Source: a bacterium (GTDB lineage Bacteria; Sysuimicrobiota; Sysuimicrobiia; Sysuimicrobiales; Humicultoraceae). From it: 18,162 nt of DNA. The position numbers and the translations under genes were made by a program. The notes beneath the pieces were generated by a model, which was not told the DNA's origin, did not search any database, and saw only the letters and a program-made list of their open reading frames with translations. The DNA lies in assembly GCA_041497675.1 (NCBI GenBank), contig JBGQGY010000078.1, positions 1-18,162 of the forward strand, given 5' to 3'. This document shows, one piece after another, positions 1 to 7,015 of this stretch (the stretch's first letter is position 1; each line of letters starts with the position of its first letter).

Positions 1-496
1 ACACCACCACAATGGCCATGATGACGTTGCGCAGCCCGGGTCCCAGCGCGGCGGCGATGCCGATCGCCAAGAGGATCGAGGGGAAGGCCAGCACGACGTC
101 CAGGACGCGCATCAGGACCTGGTCTGTGAGTCCGCCAAAATACCATGACGTCAGCCCAAGCGCGAGCCCGATACTGCCCGAGATGAGCACCGGGAAAAAG
201 GCCACCCACAGCGAGATACGACCGCCCCAGAGCAGCCGGCTGAGAATGTCGCGCCCAATATCGTCGGTGCCCAAGACGTAGCCGGGCGACCCGGGTGGGA
301 GCAGGCGCTCGGCAGAGCTGACCCGGTAGGGATCATGAGGCGCGAGGTACGGCGCGAAGATCGCGCTCAAGATGGCTGCGAGGACCACCGCGAGACCGAG
401 CAGAGCGAACCAGTCGCGCCGGAGGCTGCGGACGGCGATGGCGGCCTGGGAGGTGGCCGCGCCCCTGGCTGAGGGTGGAACGACGTGCTCGCTCAT
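1..496 (-). CDS. Peptide/nickel ABC transporter permease, DppC/OppC family (5' part; runs off the window edge)
   Basis: Not in the ORF track. Manual translation from ATG at 496: MSEHVVPP...LLGLAVVLAAILSAIFAPYLAPHDP...LGTDDIGRDILSRLLWGGRISLWVAF...YFGGLTDQVLMRVLDVVLAFPSILLAIGIAAALGPGLRNVIMAIVV. It has the typical LGTDxxGRD and FPxxLLA motifs. Confidence 0.93.
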   Translation of the reverse strand, partial: MSEHVVPPSARGAATSQAAIAVRSLRRDWFALLGLAVVLAAILSAIFAPYLAPHDPYRVSSAERLLPPGSPGYVLGTDDIGRDILSRLLWGGRISLWVAFFPVLISGSIGLALGLTSWYFGGLTDQVLMRVLDVVLAFPSILLAIGIAAALGPGLRNVIMAIVVV

Positions 497-567
497 CGGA
501 TGGCCTTGATCCGGGGGTCTTCACCACCTGGGGGGTCATCCCTCCAGGCCAGGAGGCGTGCAATCGA

Positions 568-596
568 TTGACACTCCACCGCGGTCGACCTAGAAT
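568..596 (+). promoter_or_regulatory. Sigma70/SigA promoter of the met operon
   Basis: TTGACA (568-573), 17 nt spacer, TAGAAT (591-596), immediately upstream of the T-box leader. Confidence 0.88.
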
Positions 597-614
597 AAAT
601 TGACTTCAAATATT

Positions 615-873
615 GGTGATGAGGAAGCGGGAGTAGGCGCCCGGACCGTCTGAGCGAGCCGGGTACGGTGCGAGCCGGTGACGAGATGGCGCCGAACATG
701 GCTTCCGAACCTTCAGGGGAACGCCGTACGCGGTCAGTAGCCTGAACGGGTGCTCCCGACATCGAGCAGGGGTGGTCATGCGGCCACTCCATGAGGCGCC
801 GAACCGCGAGGCCGGCGCGCAGCCTGGTGGTCACACGGAACAGACCTTCCGTCCAGTGGGACGGGGGGTTTTT
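615..873 (+). ncRNA. Met-specific T-box riboswitch (transcription attenuator)
   Basis: Stem I has a GGTGATGA/GAACC K-turn, a GGAAG/CTTCC base, an AGTA...GAA S-turn, an AGCGA bulge, a GGTG distal loop and specifier codon ATG at 698-700. Stem II carries an AGTA box. Antiterminator: CTGG-[TGGTCAC]-ACGGAA...TTCCGT-CCAG (824-856), overlapping a terminator. The downstream genes are Met-related. Confidence 0.9.
844..873 (+). terminator. Intrinsic terminator of the T-box leader
   Basis: ACCTTCCGTCC-agtg-GGACGGGGGGT followed by TTTT. Mutually exclusive with the antiterminator. Confidence 0.88.
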
Positions 874-908
874 GATTTGTGTTTCGATTTTCGCGTTCAG
901 GAGGGATT

Positions 909-1865
909 ATGCCGTTTGCACATCTCGTAGGGATTTTCCCGCGGTCCGAGCGGGTCGTGGAACTCAGCCGCGCCGTCGATCGAGGCCGCGCGACGGCGGA
1001 CGAACTCTCGGCTGCCATCGCGGACGACGAGCGCCGGATCATCGCGCTTCAGCAGGAGGCGGGGCTCGACTATATCGTCGACGGACAACTGCGCTGGCAG
1101 GATCTGCTCCGGCCGTTGAGCACCGGTATCCCCGGGATGCACCCCAACGGGATCTCGCGGTGGTTCGACAACAACTCGTTCTACCGGCGACCGGTGATTA
1201 CAGGGCCGCTGCAGCCGACCGGCAAGGCCGTGTTGGCGGTGCTTGGCCTGAAGGCGCTGGCCGGCACGCGGTGGAAGGCGGTGCTGCCCTCCCCGTCCGC
1301 GCTGGTGGCGTTGTCCGAGAACACGTCGGGTCGAAGCGCCGATGAGGTGCTGACCGACGCGGTCGCGGTGCTGCGCGCCGAAGCGCGGGCGCTGGCCGAT
1401 GCCGGATGCGCGTATGTGCAGTTCAGCGACCCGGTCCTGGTGACACGCGCGAGCCGAATCGACGTTGGACGGGCGCGGTCCGCTCTGGAGCAGGTGACCG
1501 ACGGCCTGCGCACGCGAACCGCGCTGCACACGTTCTTTGGAGATGCCGGGCCGCTGTTGGGTGAACTGGTGCGCTTTCCGGTCCACGAGATCGGTATCGA
1601 TCTGTACGCGTCCACCATTGATGGGACAAAGGCGCGGGCGGCCGGGAAAACCGTGCTGGCCGGCGCCGTCGACGGGCGGAACTCGCTGGTCGAAGACGTG
1701 AGCACGCTGGTGGATCAGGCGCTCCGGCTGCGCGATGCATTGGGGGCGGACGACGTGGCGCTGGTTCCGAACTGCGACCTGGAACTGTTGCCGTGGGAGT
1801 GCGCAGAGGCAAAAACGCGACGCCTGGGCGAGGCCGCGACCGCGCTCAAAGCGAACGCGAGGTGA
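909..1865 (+). CDS. Cobalamin-independent methionine synthase, N-terminal-half-like subunit (split MetE)
   Basis: RBS CAGGAGG, ATG at 909. Motifs QQEAGLDYIVDGQLRWQD, RWFDNNSFYRRP and GAVDGRNS. The Zn motifs are degenerate (HTFF, PNCDL). Confidence 0.85.
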   Translation: MPFAHLVGIFPRSERVVELSRAVDRGRATADELSAAIADDERRIIALQQEAGLDYIVDGQLRWQDLLRPLSTGIPGMHPNGISRWFDNNSFYRRPVITGPLQPTGKAVLAVLGLKALAGTRWKAVLPSPSALVALSENTSGRSADEVLTDAVAVLRAEARALADAGCAYVQFSDPVLVTRASRIDVGRARSALEQVTDGLRTRTALHTFFGDAGPLLGELVRFPVHEIGIDLYASTIDGTKARAAGKTVLAGAVDGRNSLVEDVSTLVDQALRLRDALGADDVALVPNCDLELLPWECAEAKTRRLGEAATALKANAR

Positions 1866-1870
1866 GCGGG

Positions 1871-2983
1871 ATGAAGCTCTTTCCGACGCAGGAAATCGGG
1901 AGCATCGCCAAACCCGGCTGGCTGGTGAAGGCGACCCGGGGACAACGGCCCAATGCGGCCGACCTGGCCGACCTCGACCGCTGGGCCGAACGTCTGGGGA
2001 TCGACGGGACCGGCGAATTGAAGACGCTGCTGGCCGACGAGCACCACGACAAGGAGCGTGTCCGCGATTGGGGCGCGATCTTTGCCGTGCGCTTCTTTGA
2101 AGCGGCGGGTCTCGACGTCGTCTATGACGGTGAAGCGCGGCGGGTCGAGATGTACGAGTATCCGGTGCGCCGGATCGCGGGGTTCCACTTCTACGGCCAC
2201 GTGCGGTCGTTCGACAACAAGTACTATCGCAAGGCCGCGGTGGTCGACCGCGTGCGGTTGGTCGAACCGTTCCACATCGACGAGCTGAAGTTCGTGAAGT
2301 CGATTGCGCGGCGGCCGGTGAAGATCCCGATCACGGGGCCGTACACGCTGGCCGACTGGTCGTTTAATGAACACTACTTGAAGACCGTGGATGCGTCGGT
2401 CAAGGATCTTCGCAAGCGGTCCTATGCGGCCAAGCATGCGTTCACGCTCGATCTGGCGCGCGAGGTGCTGAACCCAACGCTGGAAGCGCTCGAAGCGGCG
2501 GGGGCCGACTGGATTCAGATCGATGAGCCGGCGGCCGCGACGCACCCCGATGAGGTGCCGATCCTCGTCGAGGCGTTCAACGAGTCTGTTCGCGGCATCA
2601 AGGCCAAGATCAGCATCCATATCTGCTACAGCAACTACCGCCTGCTCTACCCTGAGATGCTCAAGATGCGGGTGGACCACCTGGCGCTGGAGTTCAAGAA
2701 CACCGGCGATTTCAACGTGGTGCAGTTGTTCAAGGATCAGGGTGACCGGCGGGAACTCGGTCTCGGGGTGCTCGACGTCCACACCGACGTCATCGAGACG
2801 CCCGAAGAGATCAAGGACAAGATCCTCGAGGCCGCCCGGGTGTTGGGGCCGGAGAAGATCTGGGCGAACCCCGACTGTGGGTTGCGCACGCGCACGTGGG
2901 ACGTCGCGTTCACGAAATTGCGGAACCTGGTCGAGGGCGCGGGGCTGGCCCGCCAAGCGCTCAAAGGGCAGCCCGTAGGATAA
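1871..2983 (+). CDS. metE: Cobalamin-independent methionine synthase, catalytic C-terminal-half subunit
   Basis: PTQEIGS, GLDVVYDGEARR, ITGPYTLADWS, IQIDEPA, Zn ligands HICY...E and NPDCGL. ATG is 5 nt after the upstream stop. Confidence 0.92.
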   Translation: MKLFPTQEIGSIAKPGWLVKATRGQRPNAADLADLDRWAERLGIDGTGELKTLLADEHHDKERVRDWGAIFAVRFFEAAGLDVVYDGEARRVEMYEYPVRRIAGFHFYGHVRSFDNKYYRKAAVVDRVRLVEPFHIDELKFVKSIARRPVKIPITGPYTLADWSFNEHYLKTVDASVKDLRKRSYAAKHAFTLDLAREVLNPTLEALEAAGADWIQIDEPAAATHPDEVPILVEAFNESVRGIKAKISIHICYSNYRLLYPEMLKMRVDHLALEFKNTGDFNVVQLFKDQGDRRELGLGVLDVHTDVIETPEEIKDKILEAARVLGPEKIWANPDCGLRTRTWDVAFTKLRNLVEGAGLARQALKGQPVG

Positions 2984-2994
2984 ACGGGGGAGCT

Positions 2995-4917
2995 GTGCGC
3001 ACGTTCTTCATTACCACGGCAATCGACTACGTGAACGCCAGCCCGCATATCGGCCACGCGTACGAGAAGGTTCTGGCCGACGTGCTGGCGCGTTTCAACC
3101 GGCTCCGTGGCCGCGAGGTGTTCTACCTCACCGGCACCGACGAGCACGGGCAGAAGAACGCCAACTCGGCGCAGGCGGCCGGGAAGGGCGTGCGCGCCTT
3201 TGTCGACGACAACGCCGCGCGATACCGCGATCTGGCCGACCGGCTGAACCTCTCCATCGACGACTTCATCCGTACCACCGAGCCACGCCATGCGTTGGGC
3301 GTGAAGCAGATCTGGGAGCGTGTGGCCGCCGCGGGCGACTTCTACAAGAAGAACTACAAGGCGCTCTATTGCGTGGGGCACGAGGCCTTCGTCACGCTGA
3401 GCGATCTGGTCGACGGGAAATGCCCCGATCACGGCGTCCAGCCCATCGTGATCGAGGAGGAAAACTACTTCTTCCGGCTGTCCAAGTACCGGGCGCACCT
3501 GAAGCGTCTGTTCACCGATCGCCCCGACTTCGTCGTCCCGCAGGCGCGCTACAGCGAGATGCTGAACCTGATCGATACCCTCGAAGATATTTCAGTGTCG
3601 CGACCGGTCGAGAAGCTGTCGTGGGGCATTCCGGTGCCCGGCGATCCGTCACACGTCATCTACGTCTGGTTTGACGCGCTGACGAACTACATCACCGCGG
3701 TCGGGTACGGACGTGACGATGCGGCGTTTCATCGCCGGTGGCCGGCGCATCACGTGATCGGGAAGGATATCAACCGCTTTCACTCGCTTCTCTGGCCGGC
3801 CATGCTGATCTCGGCGGGTCTCGAACCGCCCCGGCAGGTCCTGGTCCACGGGTTCCTGACCGTGGAAGGGCAGAAGATGAGTAAGACGTTGGGCAACGTC
3901 ATCGATCCCCTCGCGCCCCCGCGCGATCTCAGCGAGGCATCGGGCGCCGATTTCGCGGTGTGTGTCGATGCGCTGCGCTACTACCTGCTGCGCGACATCC
4001 CATTTGGTGAGGACGGCGACTTCAGCCGGGCGGGTCTGATCGGGCGGTTCAACTCGGACCTGGCCAACGACTATGGCAACCTCCTCAACCGGACGCTGGC
4101 ACTGGTGACGCGCGACTTCGGGGGGGGCGTGCCCGAACGGCGCGAGGAGGACGGTACCGACGCGGGCCTGCGACAGATCTCGCTGGAGGCGGCCGGAACT
4201 GCGGACGCGTGCATTGACCGGCAGGATTTCCGCGGCGCGTTGGACGCTGTCTGGAGGGTGCTGGCCGCGGCAAACAAGTACATCGATGAGGAAGCGCCCT
4301 GGTCGGCGATCAAGAAGGGCAGGTCTGAGCGCGCGGGCACGATCCTCTACAACACGCTAGACGCCGTGCGGATCGCGACGATTCTCCTGTCGCCGGTGCT
4401 GCCGACGGCGGGGGCGCGTGTGTGGGACCAGCTGGGGATTGCCCAGCCGTTGTCCGGCCAGCGGCTGGACGACGCACGTCGATGGGGCGCCTTGCCGAGC
4501 GGCGTCCCGGTGAAGCCGGGCGTGCCCGTGTTTCCGAGGATCGACACCAGACCCAAAGTCGCGACGCCGGCAGGCGCGCAGGGAGATCAGGTGGACGAGA
4601 TCACGATCGACGAATTCAGAAGGCTTGATATCCGGGTCGGTGAAATCACCGCCGCCGAGCGCGTCCAAGGCACCGACAAGCTCGTGAAGCTCACGGTGGA
4701 TATCGGTGACGAGGTGCGCACGGTGGTCGCCGGCATCGCGACGCACTATCAGCCGGCGGATCTGGTGGGCCGGCGCATCGTCGTGCTGGCGAACCTCAAA
4801 CCCCGGCAGGTCCGTGGCGTGGAGTCGCGTGGGATGATGCTCGCGGCGACCTGGGGTAACGACGTCGCCATCCTGACGGTGGATCGCTCCGCGCCCAAGG
4901 GCTCGAAGATCTCTTAG
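2995..4917 (+). CDS. metG: Methionyl-tRNA synthetase with C-terminal tRNA-binding (Trbp111-like) domain
   Basis: GTG start after GGGGAG. Motifs FFITTAIDYVN, HIGH, GTDEHGQK, YVWFDAL, GKDINRFH and KMSKT. C-terminal LDIRVG...NLKPRQVRGVESRGM. Confidence 0.97.
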   Translation: MRTFFITTAIDYVNASPHIGHAYEKVLADVLARFNRLRGREVFYLTGTDEHGQKNANSAQAAGKGVRAFVDDNAARYRDLADRLNLSIDDFIRTTEPRHALGVKQIWERVAAAGDFYKKNYKALYCVGHEAFVTLSDLVDGKCPDHGVQPIVIEEENYFFRLSKYRAHLKRLFTDRPDFVVPQARYSEMLNLIDTLEDISVSRPVEKLSWGIPVPGDPSHVIYVWFDALTNYITAVGYGRDDAAFHRRWPAHHVIGKDINRFHSLLWPAMLISAGLEPPRQVLVHGFLTVEGQKMSKTLGNVIDPLAPPRDLSEASGADFAVCVDALRYYLLRDIPFGEDGDFSRAGLIGRFNSDLANDYGNLLNRTLALVTRDFGGGVPERREEDGTDAGLRQISLEAAGTADACIDRQDFRGALDAVWRVLAAANKYIDEEAPWSAIKKGRSERAGTILYNTLDAVRIATILLSPVLPTAGARVWDQLGIAQPLSGQRLDDARRWGALPSGVPVKPGVPVFPRIDTRPKVATPAGAQGDQVDEITIDEFRRLDIRVGEITAAERVQGTDKLVKLTVDIGDEVRTVVAGIATHYQPADLVGRRIVVLANLKPRQVRGVESRGMMLAATWGNDVAILTVDRSAPKGSKIS

Positions 4918-4953
4918 TCAGATTTCCAATACGCCGCGCCCCTCCCGGGGCAC

Positions 4954-4978
4954 GTTTGGCCCGCCCGCACGGGGGTAA
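4954..4978 (+). promoter_or_regulatory. SigB-type promoter of csbD
   Basis: GTTT-N15-GGGTAA, about 40 nt upstream of the ATG. Confidence 0.8.
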
Positions 4979-5018
4979 AACGTTGTTGCAAGGAAACCCC
5001 GTGCCAGGAGGTGCGCGA

Positions 5019-5234
5019 ATGAACAGTGACATGCTCATGGGCAGATGGAAGCAGCTGCGCGGTCGGATCAAGGCCAAGTGGGGCCAGCTGACCGACGACG
5101 AGTTGAACGAGGTCGAGGGCAACTACGAGATGCTCGTCGGCAAGATCCAGGAGAAGTACGGTACGACCCGCGCGCAAATCGAGCGCGAGCTCGACGCGTT
5201 CGCGTCGCAGGAGCCCGCACAGAAGCCGCGTTGA
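5019..5234 (+). CDS. csbD: CsbD/YjbJ family general stress protein
   Basis: RBS AGGAGG. MNSDMLMGRWKQLRGRIKAKWGQLTDDEL...GKIQEKYG is the YjbJ-type signature. Confidence 0.93.
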   Translation: MNSDMLMGRWKQLRGRIKAKWGQLTDDELNEVEGNYEMLVGKIQEKYGTTRAQIERELDAFASQEPAQKPR

Positions 5235-5265
5235 CCGGCCAGGTCGCAGGCGTGTGCGGGAAGCA

Positions 5266-5294
5266 CCGGGGGTCCTCCGTCCGGGGATCCCCGG
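5266..5294. terminator. GC-rich hairpin between convergent genes
   Basis: CCGGGGGTCCTC-cgtcc-GGGGATCCCCGG, a 12 bp stem including G-U pairs. No U tract. Confidence 0.5.
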
Positions 5295-5309
5295 ACTCTA
5301 TTGCGGCGG

Positions 5310-5585
5310 TCAATCTGTCCGGCCGGTCGCAGGTCGGGTGGCCTCGCGCAGCATGTCCAGCGTAGCTTCAAGCGTCTTGATCCGAAGTTTGCGGTCGTTG
5401 ATGAGCTTCTCCGGAGCCACACTGAGCCCGACGAAGTCCAAAAGTGCCAGATCATCGAGGTCCACGGAGATCGGAACGATCTGACCGGTGAGAAGACCAA
5501 CGTCACGCCGATAGCGGTCGATGGTCCGCTCGACGCGGGCCATCGCTGCTGTTCGCCCATCGACTGTCCGTCGTCCTCTCCCCAT
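5310..5585 (-). CDS. Hypothetical protein (alternative start ATG at 5543)
   Basis: 91 aa ORF with protein-like composition, directly downstream of a SigB-type promoter. Confidence 0.55.
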   Translation of the reverse strand: MGRGRRTVDGRTAAMARVERTIDRYRRDVGLLTGQIVPISVDLDDLALLDFVGLSVAPEKLINDRKLRIKTLEATLDMLREATRPATGRTD

Positions 5586-5597
5586 CCTTCGCTTTTG

Positions 5598-5623
5598 TTA
5601 CCCAGATCGGACATCGCTCAAAC
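5598..5623 (-). promoter_or_regulatory. SigB-type promoter
   Basis: GTTT-N16-GGGTAA on the minus strand. Confidence 0.75.
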
Positions 5624-5674
5624 GGGCGCATGAATCGCAGGCGCACAGGCCTCCATCTCCGGCTCTGCCGACAG

Positions 5675-5701
5675 GTTTGACGAAGCGGCCGCTCGGGGAA
5701 A
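5675..5701 (+). promoter_or_regulatory. SigB-type promoter of rsbW-sigB (putative autoregulation)
   Basis: GTTT-N17-GGGAAA. Confidence 0.65.
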
Positions 5702-5823
5702 AAACAGTGAGCGGGCTGAGATGGCGGAGGAGCAAGAGGTCGAGGACGAGAAGGCAGATGAAACCGGGACGAGGCATTCATCAGGTGCGTCACCTGACCA
5801 GTCACTTGACGCGAGGAGCGGCC

Positions 5824-6228
5824 GTGGAGTCCGACACGCCTTCTTTTCAGCCGGGCGTCCGCCAGGATCAGATCGAGCTGACGATTCCGGCTCGCGCCGA
5901 GTACGTGGCAGTAGTCCGGTTGACAATCGCCGGCGTCGCGGGCCGGATGTCGTTTTCCTACGACGCTAGTGAGGACCTGAAAGTCGCCGTCAGCGAGGCC
6001 TGCACAGTGGCTGTCCTTTCAGGCGGGCCAAAAGTGCAAGTCCGGCTTGAGATGGCCTCCGACCGGTTGGGCGTTCGCGTCACCTACCAGGCATCGGGAC
6101 GTTCCGACGAGCGTGGCCAGGAGCGCGAGCTCGCCATGCTCTTGATCGGCTGCCTGATGGATGAGGTTCGGACGGAGCGGCGCGGGCCTCAGCACGTCAT
6201 CTGGATGACGAAGAGACTTCAACGGTAG
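5824..6228 (+). CDS. rsbW: RsbW-family anti-sigma factor with degenerate ATP-binding motifs (alternative start ATG 5758)
   Basis: RBS AGGAG plus GTG. IELTIPARAEYVAVVRLTIAGVAGRMSFSYDASEDLKVAVSEACT...LMDEV...MTK closely resembles RsbW. Located directly upstream of the sigma gene. Confidence 0.88.
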   Translation: MESDTPSFQPGVRQDQIELTIPARAEYVAVVRLTIAGVAGRMSFSYDASEDLKVAVSEACTVAVLSGGPKVQVRLEMASDRLGVRVTYQASGRSDERGQERELAMLLIGCLMDEVRTERRGPQHVIWMTKRLQR

Positions 6229-6232
6229 GCTC

Positions 6233-7015
6233 GTGACTGGTCGCCCTAAACAGAAGCCGCGGGGCCAGCGCGTCCCGCGCGAGCTCTTCGTCGAGTACGC
6301 GCGCACCCGCGATCCGGCGATCCGCGAGCAACTCCTGCTGGCTCACTCGGCGCTTGCGGCCTATTTTGCTCGCCGGTTCGCGTATCGTGGAGAACCTCTG
6401 GAAGATCTCGCGCAGGTGGCTCATCTCGGCCTCCTCCAAGCGATCGATCGCTATGATCCTACACGGGAAGTCGAGTTCAGCACCTATGCGTCGGCGACGA
6501 TCGTTGGCGAGATCAAGCGATACTTCCGTGACAAGACGTGGTCCGTTCACGTGCCGCGCCGGTTGCGGGAGCGCAACAACGCGTTGATGCGGACTCTCGA
6601 TACTCTCACGGCGAAGCTGGGTCGTTCACCGACCATTCAGGAACTGGCCGAGGCGACGGGCGTTTCGTTCGAGAATGTCGTGGAGACCCTGGAGGTCGGA
6701 CTTGCCTACAATCCGGCGTCGCTCGACGCAGAGGTGCGCAACACTGAAGAGGACGATTCGTCCTCACTGCTCGAGTACCTTGGGACGGACGATCCGGCGC
6801 TGACGCACACGGAGGATCGGCACACGATCGAAGAGGCGCTGCATTCGCTCCCCGGGCGGGAGCAGTTAATCATCTGGCTGCGCTACTATGAGAAGCGATC
6901 TCAAGCAGAGATCGCGGAGCGACTCGGCATCTCGCAGATGCACGTTTCGCGGCTTCAGCGGCAGGCCTTGCACCGTCTGCGCGCTGAGATCACCAGCGAG
7001 CATCTTGCTTCATGA
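6233..7015 (+). CDS. sigB: SigB/SigF/SigG family RNA polymerase sigma factor
   Basis: EDLAQVAHLGLLQAIDRYDP...FSTYA...GEIKRYFRDKTWSVHVPRRL, GRSPTIQELA, and region 4 SQAEIAERLGISQMHVSRL. Confidence 0.95.
   Translation: MTGRPKQKPRGQRVPRELFVEYARTRDPAIREQLLLAHSALAAYFARRFAYRGEPLEDLAQVAHLGLLQAIDRYDPTREVEFSTYASATIVGEIKRYFRDKTWSVHVPRRLRERNNALMRTLDTLTAKLGRSPTIQELAEATGVSFENVVETLEVGLAYNPASLDAEVRNTEEDDSSSLLEYLGTDDPALTHTEDRHTIEEALHSLPGREQLIIWLRYYEKRSQAEIAERLGISQMHVSRLQRQALHRLRAEITSEHLAS

Noticed and set aside
615..873. SAM or cobalamin riboswitch upstream of the met genes
   Set aside because: No S-box or B12-box core is seen. The specifier loop, AGTA box and UGGN antiterminator fit a T-box.
879..908. Extended ORF-track starts (879, 1793, 2896, 4956, 5521, 10503, 12322, 15709)
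   Set aside because: Downstream starts have an RBS or tight coupling to the upstream gene and match family N-termini. The extensions overlap promoters or neighbouring genes.
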